Under the pieces are notes generated by a model, which saw only the letters and a list, made by a program, of their open reading frames with translations, was not told where the DNA came from and ran no database searches. Position numbers and translations under genes: made by a program. DNA of 59,657 nt, counting the filler. It is 5 parts of 5 records of this genome, joined end to end, with 100 filler letters (N's around TTAATTAATTAA, not from the genome) between each part and the next. Parts side by side here need not be neighbours in the genome. Positions count along the whole stretch, not along the records: positions 18,970 to 32,932 come from SRR22947727_214; positions 33,033 to 45,546 come from SRR22947727_222; 3 more parts are not named here. One strand, given 5' to 3'. The number at the start of each line of letters is the position of its first letter. Position 1 is the first letter of the stretch. Below, piece after piece: positions 32,725 through 42,300 of the stretch.

Positions 32725-32828
32725 TTTTTTTCTCCCTTATTGTTTCTCTGTTTGTGCTCATCATTTCTCTCCTTTTTGTTAGGAGAAAACGAGTAGCCGT
32801 TAAACGAGGGGTTTAATCTAGTATTCAT
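32712..32828 (-). CDS. Putative 38-aa leader peptide (uORF1) initiated from the riboswitch RBS
   Basis: AAGGAGAAA-ATG at 32828; MNTRLNPSFNGYSFSPNKKERNDEHKQRNNKGEKKWLI*; stop overlaps the metY start region. Confidence 0.4.
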   Translation of the reverse strand: MNTRLNPSFNGYSFSPNKKERNDEHKQRNNKGEKKWLI

Positions 32829-32829
32829 T

Positions 32830-32894
32830 TTCTCCTTTTTAGTACTTCGGCAAAATGCCAGGTGTACAATATGGTTCAAATACCCGGTTTAATT
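32830..32894 (-). promoter_or_regulatory. SAM-V riboswitch
   Basis: Minus strand AATTAAACCGGGTATTTGAACCATATTGTACACCTGGCATTTTGCCGAAGTACTAAAAAGGAG. P1 CCGGGT/ACCTGG, UUUGAAC loop, pseudoknot TTGTAC/GTAC(T)AA, small GGCA/TGCC hairpin, ends in the RBS; upstream of metY, as known for SAR11 SAM-V RNAs. Confidence 0.9.
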
Positions 32895-32906
32895 TTAGAT
32901 TGTTCC

Positions 32907-32932
32907 AAAAAAAAACCACCGACTAAAGCGGT
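32907..32932 (-). terminator. Rho-independent terminator of an upstream gene, truncated at contig end
   Basis: Minus strand ACCG-CTTTAGT-CGGT-GG followed by T9. Confidence 0.55.
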
Positions 32933-33032
32933 NNNNNNNNNNNNNNNNNNNNNNNNNNNNNNNNNNNNNNNNNNNNTTAATTAATTAANNNNNNNNNNNN
33001 NNNNNNNNNNNNNNNNNNNNNNNNNNNNNNNN
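32933..33032. other. Artificial contig linker
   Basis: 44 N + TTAATTAATTAA + 44 N. Confidence 0.99.
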
Positions 33033-33034
33033 TT

Positions 33035-33541
33035 AGAGTTCCAGCAAGTAATATTTTACTTGGTGAAGGAAGGGGTTTTGAGATTGCTCAAGGAAGATTA
33101 GGTCCAGGAAGAATTCATCATTGTATGAGGTTGGTAGGAGTTGCACAAAGAGCACTAGAATTGATGTGTAAAAGAGCAAATCAAAGGGAAGCATTTGGAA
33201 GAAATTTAATAAAATTTAGCAGTGTTAGACAGGATATTGCAAAATCAGAATGTGAAATTCAACAGGCAAGGTTGCTAACTCTAGCGGCAGCGGATAAAAT
33301 TGATAAGTTTGGAGCTAAAGAAGCTAAAAACTTAATCGCCATGATAAAAATACAAGTTCCCCAAATGACCTGCGATGTAGTTGACAGAGCAATACAAATT
33401 CACGGAGGAATGGGAGTTAGTCAGGACACACCTTTAGCAAGATATTATGCTATGGCTAGGGTTCTCAGATTAGCGGATGGACCAGATGAGGTTCATATGT
33501 TTCAACTAGGAAGAAATTTAGCAAAACAATATGAGGTATAA
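33035..33541 (+). CDS. Acyl-CoA dehydrogenase (ACAD10/11, FadE2/LvaC type), 5'-truncated
   Basis: Frame open from the contig start: RVPASNILLGEGRGFEIAQGRLGPGRIHHCMR...AIQIHGGMG...RLADGPDEVH. Confidence 0.92.
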   Translation, partial: RVPASNILLGEGRGFEIAQGRLGPGRIHHCMRLVGVAQRALELMCKRANQREAFGRNLIKFSSVRQDIAKSECEIQQARLLTLAAADKIDKFGAKEAKNLIAMIKIQVPQMTCDVVDRAIQIHGGMGVSQDTPLARYYAMARVLRLADGPDEVHMFQLGRNLAKQYEV

Positions 33542-34289
33542 AGATAAAATAGTACTGATAACAGGAAGTGGTTCTGGTATTGGAAAAGCGGCTGCAATAG
33601 CATTTGCTAAGGAAGGGGGTAACATAATTGTTTCTGATTTAAATAAAGAGAATGGATTAAATACAGTTTCAGAAATAACAAATAATAAAGGAAAGGCAAC
33701 ATTTTTCAAAGCCGATGTTTCTAATTTTCAAATGGTTGTTGATTTAATGAATTTTATAGTTGATAAATTTGGAAGACTCGATGTTGCAATAAACAATGCT
33801 GGAGTTGGTGGAGACTACGCTAAAACAGCTGACATAACTTTGGAATCATGGGATAAAACAATGCTGGTAAACTCTACAGGAGTTTTTTATTGTATTAAAA
33901 ATCAAATTCCAATAATGCTCAAACAAGGTAATGGAGTTATCTTAAACACTTCATCAATAGCTGGAATTCGTGGATTACCAAATGCTGCCGGATATTCTGC
34001 TAGTAAACATGCAGTAGTAGGAATCACAAAAACAGCAGCAATGGAATATGCAAAAAACAATATTAGAGTGAACGCCATTTGTCCAGTTTTTACAGTTACT
34101 CCTATGTTTGATCCAGTTGCTATGGATAAAATAAAATCTGGAATTTCTGAAAAACTAAAAGCAAATGTTCCCATGAAACGTTTTGCTGATGTGATGGAAC
34201 AAGTAAATACGATGCTATGGTTATGTTCTGATGAAGCAAGTTTTATAACTGGTCAAGCAATTTCAGTGGATGGAGGATTAACAGCTTAG
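33531..34289 (+). CDS. Short-chain dehydrogenase/reductase
   Basis: TGSGSGIG, NNAG, YSASK catalytic motif. Confidence 0.93.
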   Translation: MRYKDKIVLITGSGSGIGKAAAIAFAKEGGNIIVSDLNKENGLNTVSEITNNKGKATFFKADVSNFQMVVDLMNFIVDKFGRLDVAINNAGVGGDYAKTADITLESWDKTMLVNSTGVFYCIKNQIPIMLKQGNGVILNTSSIAGIRGLPNAAGYSASKHAVVGITKTAAMEYAKNNIRVNAICPVFTVTPMFDPVAMDKIKSGISEKLKANVPMKRFADVMEQVNTMLWLCSDEASFITGQAISVDGGLTA

Positions 34290-34293
34290 AATC

Positions 34294-35355
34294 ATGAAAC
34301 AAAAAGTTAGAAAAGGTGAAGAATTAAATGAAATTAATCTTAAAAAATTTCTAAAAAAAAATGGATTAATCTCTAAAATAAAAAGTGATTTAGATGTTTT
34401 ACAATTTTCTAATGGATTTTCAAATCTAACATACCAACTCAATATAGAAGAAAAAGAATATGTCATAAGAAAACCGCCAAAAGGTGCTGTTTATGGTCAC
34501 GATATGGGTAGAGAGTACAAAGTACTCAATGGTTTAAACAATGGCTTTAACAAGGCTCCTATTGTTTACACCTACTCTGATGATAATAATATAATTGGAA
34601 CTCCATTTTATATAATGGAAAAAGTTAATGGAAGAATAATAACGCCTAGAGAATTAAAAGAAAAAACGATTCCATCAAAAGATTATTCAACTATTTCGAA
34701 GACATGGTTAAATACAATGGTAGAGTTACACAATCTGGACTATAAGAAGTTGGGACTATCTGAACTTGGAAAACCAGAGGGCTATGTAGAAAGACAAGTT
34801 AGAAATTGGGGAAAACAGTATTTAAAAGCAGCAACGGATGATATAAAAGAAGCTAAGCTTATAATGAACTGGCTTAATGATAAACAACCTAATCAATACA
34901 AACACAGTTTAATACACAACGATTACAAATATGATAATGTTGTTTTCAGTTCAGATTCTTGGTCAAAGATTAACTCAATTTTAGATTGGGAAATGTGTAC
35001 TATAGGAGATCCGTTAATGGATTTAGGGACATCAATAGCTTATTGGGCAATGGCTTCAGACCCTAAGGGGCTTAAAACAGCCTTTGACTACCCGACTTCA
35101 TTGGAGGGAAATCCATCAAGACTTGAAGTTGTTGAAATGTATGAAAAACAGACTGGAGAGGCTGTGAATAATTTAGTGTTTTATTATGTTTATGGACTTT
35201 TTAAAATAGCTGTAATTGTTCAACAAATTTATTTTAGGTACAATAAAGGTTTAACAACGAATGAAAAGTTTAAGAATTTAAATAAGATTGCTGAAATTTT
35301 ATGTAAAATTGGTTGGCAATCTATTCAGAAAAATAGAATAGAAAATCTTTTTTAA
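34294..35355 (+). CDS. APH-family phosphotransferase (ACAD10/11 kinase domain, LvaA-like)
   Basis: QFSNGFSNLTY, HDMGREY, HNDYKYDN, LDWEM...GDPLMDLG. Confidence 0.9.
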   Translation: MKQKVRKGEELNEINLKKFLKKNGLISKIKSDLDVLQFSNGFSNLTYQLNIEEKEYVIRKPPKGAVYGHDMGREYKVLNGLNNGFNKAPIVYTYSDDNNIIGTPFYIMEKVNGRIITPRELKEKTIPSKDYSTISKTWLNTMVELHNLDYKKLGLSELGKPEGYVERQVRNWGKQYLKAATDDIKEAKLIMNWLNDKQPNQYKHSLIHNDYKYDNVVFSSDSWSKINSILDWEMCTIGDPLMDLGTSIAYWAMASDPKGLKTAFDYPTSLEGNPSRLEVVEMYEKQTGEAVNNLVFYYVYGLFKIAVIVQQIYFRYNKGLTTNEKFKNLNKIAEILCKIGWQSIQKNRIENLF

Positions 35356-36065
35356 TGAGTAAAATATATTTATTTAGACACGCTCAAGCTTCGATAGGAA
35401 AAGCAAATTATGATGTATTATCCCCAAAGGGTGAATCACAAGCCGCAGAATTGGGTAAATTTTTATGTAAAGAAAAACTTGTTTTTGATAAAGTTTACGT
35501 TGGTAACTTGCAAAGGCAAAAACATACTCAAGAAATTGTAGCCAAACAATATAAAAATATTGGATTAAATATGCCTTTACCTACTATTTTAGAAGGTCTT
35601 AATGAGCATCAAGCTACTGACGCAATGAAAATAGAAATGCCAAAGATGATTGAAGATAAATATCTGAAATCGTTAAAAGAAAAATTCATGAAAAATCCAG
35701 ATAAAAAACATTCTTACATGATGTTGGGATTTAAATATTTTTTACACAAATGGGTTAATAATGAAATTATTATTGAAGGAATAATTCCATGGTCTGAGTT
35801 CAGAAAAAATTCAATAAATGCAATAAAACATATAACTAAGGATATTAAAAAAGGAGAACAAATCGCAGTATTTTCATCAGGTGGTACAATAAGTTCTATA
35901 ATTGGAGACGTTTTAAAGTTAAATAATGAATTAGTAGTTGCTGATTTGAATTTTTCTGTGAGAAATACATCATTCTCCACCCTACTATATTCAAATAATG
36001 AAACAAATCTTTTAACTTTCAATGAATTACCTCATTTAAAAGATGATATGATAACCTTTGTATAA
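35355..36065 (+). CDS. Histidine phosphatase family protein
   Basis: RHAQAS...YDVLS N-terminal motif, LNE, SSGGTI, FNELPHL. Confidence 0.85.
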   Translation: MSKIYLFRHAQASIGKANYDVLSPKGESQAAELGKFLCKEKLVFDKVYVGNLQRQKHTQEIVAKQYKNIGLNMPLPTILEGLNEHQATDAMKIEMPKMIEDKYLKSLKEKFMKNPDKKHSYMMLGFKYFLHKWVNNEIIIEGIIPWSEFRKNSINAIKHITKDIKKGEQIAVFSSGGTISSIIGDVLKLNNELVVADLNFSVRNTSFSTLLYSNNETNLLTFNELPHLKDDMITFV

Positions 36066-36073
36066 TATAAAAA

Positions 36074-37627
36074 ATGAGAAAAGATTTAGACGAATTTTAC
36101 AAAAGAAAAGAATTCCTTAAAGATGAAAATAGATCTGAATCTGTAAAAAAAAGACATGGTAAAGGAAGTAGAACTGCAAGAGAAAATATTGACGATTTGT
36201 GTGACAAAGATTCATTTAATGAATTAGGCTCTTTAATTATAGCTGGACAAACCAAAAGATTATCAAAAGAAGAATTGATTGAAAAAACACCTGCTGATGG
36301 TTTAGTAGCTGGTATTGGAAATATTAACGGAAAAGCATTTGGAGAAAAAATTTCAAAATGTTGTGTAATGAGCTATGATTATATGGTTCTTGCAGGAACT
36401 CAAGGAGGCTTTAATCATAAAAAAACCGACAGATTAATTTCAATTGCTAAAAAAGGGAATCTGCCCATAGTATTTTTTGTTGAAGGTGGTGGTGGAAGAC
36501 CTGGGGATGTAGATTTCGATGCTATTAATTCCGGTGGGTTAGATCTTCCAACATGGACAGAATATGCAAAACTAAGTGGTAAAGTACCAAGGATTTCTAT
36601 TGTTTCAGGAAATTGCTTCGCAGGAAATGCTGCAATAGCTGGTTGTTCAGATATAATAATAGCAACTAAAAACAGTTCTATTGGAATGGCAGGTCCAGCG
36701 ATGATTAGAGAAGGTGGTTTGGGAGATTTTAAAGCTAGCGAAATTGGACCATCAAAAATTCAATATGAAAATGGAGTAATAGATATATTAGTTGAAAATG
36801 AAAAAGAAGCAGTAGAAAAAGTAAAATTATATCTCTCCTATTTTCAAGGAAATAACTTAAAATGGAAAACTGGAAATCAAAATCAAATTCATGATTTAAT
36901 TCCTGAAGACAGAAAATACGCCTATGATGTGACAAAAATACTTGAATGTATTTTTGATCAAAATTCCGTTTTAGAATTAAGAGGAGGGTTTGCAAAAAAT
37001 ATGATAACCTCACTTGCTAGAATTGAAGGAAAAGCAGTTGGTATCATTGCCAATAGCACTAAACATCTTGGAGGAGCAATTGATAGTGATGCATCTGAAA
37101 AAGCTTCAAGATTTATGCAATTATGTGACGCTTTTAATTTACCACTAATATCATTTTGTGATACTCCAGGATTTATGGTAGGACCAACTCACGAAAAACT
37201 AGCACTAGTAAGAAAGACATCTAGATTTTTTATAAATGGAGCTAACTTAAATATTCCGATCATAACCATAATACTTAGAAAAGCCTACGGCCTTGGTGCA
37301 ATGGCAATGGCTGGTGGTAATTTTCATGAATCTTATATAACAATTAGTTGGCAAACTGGAGAATTTGGCCCGATGGGTTTAGAAGCAAGTGTTGAGCTTG
37401 GTTTTAAAAAAGAATTAGACAATACAAAATCAAAAAAAGAGAGAGATAAACTTTATAATAAATTAGTAAAGGAGGCTTACAAAAAAGGGAAAGCCATAAA
37501 TGCAGCATCAACTATGGAAATTGATGAAGTTATTGATCCCGCAAAAACTAGAGATAGAATTTCAAATGCTTTAAATAGTTATAGTCCTAAAGAAATTCAT
37601 AGTAAAAAAACTATAGATTCATGGTAA
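36074..37627 (+). CDS. Acyl-CoA carboxylase carboxyltransferase subunit
   Basis: DYMVLAGTQG, EGGGGRPGD, GNCFAGNA, DTPGFMVG, RKAYG; no biotin carboxylase or biotinyl domain. Confidence 0.88.
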   Translation: MRKDLDEFYKRKEFLKDENRSESVKKRHGKGSRTARENIDDLCDKDSFNELGSLIIAGQTKRLSKEELIEKTPADGLVAGIGNINGKAFGEKISKCCVMSYDYMVLAGTQGGFNHKKTDRLISIAKKGNLPIVFFVEGGGGRPGDVDFDAINSGGLDLPTWTEYAKLSGKVPRISIVSGNCFAGNAAIAGCSDIIIATKNSSIGMAGPAMIREGGLGDFKASEIGPSKIQYENGVIDILVENEKEAVEKVKLYLSYFQGNNLKWKTGNQNQIHDLIPEDRKYAYDVTKILECIFDQNSVLELRGGFAKNMITSLARIEGKAVGIIANSTKHLGGAIDSDASEKASRFMQLCDAFNLPLISFCDTPGFMVGPTHEKLALVRKTSRFFINGANLNIPIITIILRKAYGLGAMAMAGGNFHESYITISWQTGEFGPMGLEASVELGFKKELDNTKSKKERDKLYNKLVKEAYKKGKAINAASTMEIDEVIDPAKTRDRISNALNSYSPKEIHSKKTIDSW

Positions 37628-37628
37628 T

Positions 37629-37660
37629 AAAAAAAGCCTCGAAATTATCAAGGCTTTTTT
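37629..37660. terminator. Bidirectional rho-independent terminator
   Basis: AAAAAAAGCCT-cgaaattatca-AGGCTTTTTT between convergent genes. Confidence 0.8.
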
Positions 37661-37676
37661 ATTAATAATTATTTTT

Positions 37677-38603
37677 TTATTTTAATAAAGATGCATTCCA
37701 ATATGCATTTCTTTGAGTTATTTTACCATCATTATCAAAATCATCTAAATAAAAAACAGGAACTATAACTTTTTTACTATCTGATTGTCTAACCATTGTG
37801 AAATTCCACCAAGACTGAACTACTTTTGAATCTCTCCAATCATACTCAAGGTAATCAGGATATCCAGTTTCATCAAGTGAAGTAATTGTCCAACCTGAAA
37901 GTAATTTTGCATCTCTAGCTCTAATTTCATCTTCATTCATTCCTTTAGATTCGTTTGAATCAATATAGTTAGCATTTTCAGTGAAAAAACTAAATGCTTT
38001 ATCTACGTCTCCATTAGCAAATGCATACATTAATTTTCTAACAGTATTTATATTTTCATGATTAATATATATTTTACCATTTTCTCTTTCAGCGTACGAA
38101 TTACGCATATTTATAAAACTAGCTTCATTTGTATATTCTTGAACTGCTTTAATTAATTTATTATCGTTACTTACTAAATATAATCTATGTACAGGGGCAT
38201 CAAATTTAGCTCCAGTGTTCTTGTTAACTCCATACAAATGATCCCAAGTCTGAACCCATAGCTGATTCCCTTCTTTATATTCAATTGCATCAGGATATGC
38301 ACCTTCTGATCTTTTGATTTGAAAATAATCCATATTATTTACCCACCATGTCATGTTTCCCACAAATTGTTGTTTAGTCCAACCTTTTGCATTTTTATTT
38401 AATCCGACTCCGTTGAAAATTTTAAAATCTTCAGCTAAATAAGATTTAGCTTTATCCAAATCCCCTGAAATCCAAGCATTTTGAAAAGATTCAACCATAT
38501 TAATTGCAGGATGATCAACATAAACAGTACCGTTTTTCTTTTTTTTCTGAGCACTAACAGAAAAAGTGATAAGTGCTATAAGCATAAATGTAATTTTTTT
38601 CAT
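37677..38603 (-). CDS. Secreted tandem NTF2/SnoaL-like domain protein
   Basis: Signal peptide (SVSAQ); two related halves (NGTVYVDHPAIN...GDLDKA and NGKIYINHENIN...GDVDKA); C-terminal FDNDGKI. Confidence 0.75.
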   Translation of the reverse strand: MKKITFMLIALITFSVSAQKKKKNGTVYVDHPAINMVESFQNAWISGDLDKAKSYLAEDFKIFNGVGLNKNAKGWTKQQFVGNMTWWVNNMDYFQIKRSEGAYPDAIEYKEGNQLWVQTWDHLYGVNKNTGAKFDAPVHRLYLVSNDNKLIKAVQEYTNEASFINMRNSYAERENGKIYINHENINTVRKLMYAFANGDVDKAFSFFTENANYIDSNESKGMNEDEIRARDAKLLSGWTITSLDETGYPDYLEYDWRDSKVVQSWWNFTMVRQSDSKKVIVPVFYLDDFDNDGKITQRNAYWNASLLK

Positions 38604-38672
38604 AATTTTTTATTAGATTAAGATATCTAATATATAAAATATTTAAAAAAAACATTCTTTTAAGAACGTTAA

Positions 38673-39317
38673 TTATTTTTTAACAACAATAAATGTGGCT
38701 TTAGCTCCTGTGGAGAGATTCCACTGGTTAGAAGATATTAAAGAATTCGAATCATCAAAGACTCTTAATTCAGCTGTATTTGGTCCAGAACTACCTTGAT
38801 TTAAAGCAGTAAAATCAATTTTATTAAAACCTTTAGAAAGTGGTAGTTTAAATCCTGAAAAAGTAGATTCTAAATACAAATTATAAATAACTATAGAATC
38901 ATTTACAGAAATTCTAACTCTGTCTCCGTCGACATATTCGAAGTCTCTACATAATATATTTACATAGCTTGAGCCAGTAGAAACATCTCCTAAATATGCA
39001 CCCTTATTGTAATCATTTGGTTTCTTGTCTTTTTCTCTATTTAATTTTTTCAAATAAATATCTCCGGGATTTAAAAAATTTTCTTTTTTGTCTAATCTTT
39101 TTACTGTCGAAGACTTTTCTTTTTTCTTTAAGGAAAAATAATTAGGATTCGTGGGAGTTATATCTAATTTTTTTAAAGCTGCTGAAGCCGGAGGTAAAAG
39201 TTCAATTTTTCTTTTTGAATTTTCAATTTGAGAATAGCTAACAAGGGAAATAGTTAGAAAAAAAATAAGATTAATTCTAATTGATTTTATGCTATTTAAA
39301 AAAAAATTAAATTTCAT
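38673..39317 (-). CDS. Hypothetical secreted protein
   Basis: Signal-like segment ending SYSQ; beta-rich C-terminal domain (VDGDRVRISVND...ALNQGSSGPNTA). Confidence 0.7.
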   Translation of the reverse strand: MKFNFFLNSIKSIRINLIFFLTISLVSYSQIENSKRKIELLPPASAALKKLDITPTNPNYFSLKKKEKSSTVKRLDKKENFLNPGDIYLKKLNREKDKKPNDYNKGAYLGDVSTGSSYVNILCRDFEYVDGDRVRISVNDSIVIYNLYLESTFSGFKLPLSKGFNKIDFTALNQGSSGPNTAELRVFDDSNSLISSNQWNLSTGAKATFIVVKK

Positions 39318-39376
39318 AATTTATTACACGCAAATATGATGCCTTTTAAATAATATAATCTAAAAATAAAGTTAAA

Positions 39377-42300
39377 TTACTTAAAATATTTCTTGTGTTT
39401 GAAATAAGAAGCAAAACCAAGAATAAATACAAAAAGAGCAGAATAGTATACAAAATCAGGTGTAATTATTTTATCACCACTTGCATACGAATGTAATCCC
39501 GATAAGTAAAAATTAACACCAAAATAAGTCATTAAAATACTAGCGTAGGCAATTATTGACATTAAATTGAAAATCCATTTTCCTCTTAATCCTGGAATCA
39601 AACGCATGTGTAAGATAAAAGCATAAATCATAATACTGATTAATGCCCATGTTTCCTTAGGGTCCCATCCCCAATATCTCCCCCAACTTTCATTAGCCCA
39701 TTGGCCTCCAAGAAAATTACCAATTGTAAGCATTATTAAACCTACAGTTATTGTTAACTCATTAATAATGGTTAACTCTTTTAAGTTTAAATCGATTTTT
39801 TTCTTGTTCTTATCATTTGTAATTAAAATAAGAAACAAAGAAACAATACCAAGTATCATCCCAAGTGTTAATGGACCGTAACTTCCAACTATAACTGAAA
39901 CATGAATCATTAGCCAATAACTATCTAAAACAGGCACTAAATTTGCAATTTCAGGATCCATCCAGTTCCAATGAGAAATCATCAAAATCATAGCAGCAAC
40001 AAAAGAGGTAGAAGCTAAAGTTAAATCAGATTTCCTTCCAAAAGCTAATCCGATTCCAACAGTGGCCCATGCTAAATAAATCATTGATTCATATGCATCA
40101 CTCCATGGAGCATGACCAGAAATATACCATCGTGCAATTAATCCTAAAGTGTGTATAATAAATAGTAAAACAATAGAATACTTTGAAATAACAATAAGAT
40201 AATTTAAAAACTTTTTATCGTTAAAAATTTGAAATATTAGAAAAATAAACATGAAAGTTCCAACATACATGTACCAACTAAATAAACTTCTAAATATATC
40301 ATACTTATTATATAAGATTTCTGCGTTTATTTTATCTTCCGAGGGTAATACTGAAGAACCATACTTGTTTTGGAAGCCTTTTATACTTTCTAAGATTTTA
40401 GTTGAATTTGCATAATCATTAATTTCTACGTCATTCTTTAACGATCCAATATAAAGTGGTAAAATATTTTTAACATATAATGAATCTATTCCCTTGAAAT
40501 CGTTAGTATTTAAATCTTTAAAAGAAACCCACTTATTATTTACATCATTTGGAATTGGAAAAATTGTTAAAATTTTTCCATCTAAAGCTGAAAACAATAA
40601 ATTAACTTTTCTATCAGTTTCTATAAAATCTTTTTCAAACGCGTTAGGTAACGCAGATTTGTAAGATCTTTCAAGCTGCTTGGCAATTTTATAATTCCCT
40701 TTCTCATCAAAGAAATCAACAAAAGCAGCGTATTTATCTTTATTATTTATTCCAATAATTTTACGCAAACTATCGTTCCCTCTTTTTAAATATATAATTG
40801 GAACATTATACCACAGTAAAGGATCTTTAGTAATAGATAATAAAAATTGATCAGCATTTAGATTTTTATAAGAATCAGAATAACTAACCTTTCTTAAAAT
40901 TTCGGAAGCAAAAGTATTTAGTGGCTTCATCCTTCCACCAGAGTCTTGTATAACTAAACTACCAAATTCAGCTGCATGTAATTTATCAATAGGATTATTA
41001 ATTATAATAGAATCAATCTGCTTTATATTGATTTTTTGTTGATGATCATGCAAGTCTTGTGAAAAAACTAAACCTGAAAATAAAACAAATATCAGTGTTA
41101 AATTTTGTTTCTTTATTTTAACTTTTTCAAGTTGTTTAGCTAAATCTTTAAACCGAGTTTTTCCAAAGAACATAATTCCCAATAAACCGATGTAAAGTAA
41201 AAAGTAACCTATGTAAGTAATTAATGTACCAAAATAATCATGGTTTACAGAAAGAACAGTACCCTTTTCATCAGGATCAAAACTTGCTTGAAAGAATCTA
41301 AAACCAGAATGATTCAAAATATGATTCATATAAATATCATAATCAAATGTATCTTCATCAATTACAGTAACCTTGCTCATAAAACTACTGTAACTTTTTT
41401 CTGTTCCCGGATATTTTTCAGCTATAAAATCGTTTAGCTTAATTTCAAACGGCAACTTATTTTCAAGAGAACCGTATTTTAATAAAAATTCTAAACCCCC
41501 AACTTCTATTTTTTTTGGATCATTAACAATTCCCTTAGCTCCTAGCAATCCAATTTCTTTGGAATCTCCGTTTGATGAAACTTTTAAAAACAAACCATCT
41601 TGTTGTGTTTCCTCATCAGATTTAATGATTTCAAATCTTCCATTAATAACGGGATTTGGAAAAACAAATTGTAATCCAGCAGTGTTGTATAATGATCTTA
41701 ATTGTAATACTTGGTCCGTATTTTGTTTAAGATCTCCTTGCATTTGATCTGCCATACGCATAAAGTCTCCATCAAACGGACTGTTAATAATTAAATCACC
41801 ATTATAATCACTTATATTTATAGCTCCTTCAGTTGGCTTATTTAAAGCAAATAATATATTGTGAACACTAGTCACTTCACCAAATTTAAGGAAGTGTTCG
41901 TGCCTATTACCTTTACTTGCCTCTACAATTTTCAAATATTTTTCACCACTTTCATCTTCAACTAATCCTTCTTTAGCATTTTCAATAAAATCTACATATT
42001 CAATCGTGAAATCCTGACCTTTTAAATCATAATTCCAACTGAAATTATTGTTTGTGAATTCAGAAAATAAAAAGTCATCTTGTAACATTCTTCTGTTTAC
42101 TACATCATCAATTTCTCCATCTACAATAGCTGTTAAATAAGTTTTTTGTGAAAGGAATGTATTTGAAGACGTGTTTTCTCTTATTGGCATTACACCTTCA
42201 TATCCGATATATCTTGTAACACCGGCTCCCAATATTATTAAAATCCAAGAAATGTGAAGCATTAAAACTGGCCATTTATTAAGCTTTAAAAGATTGTATC

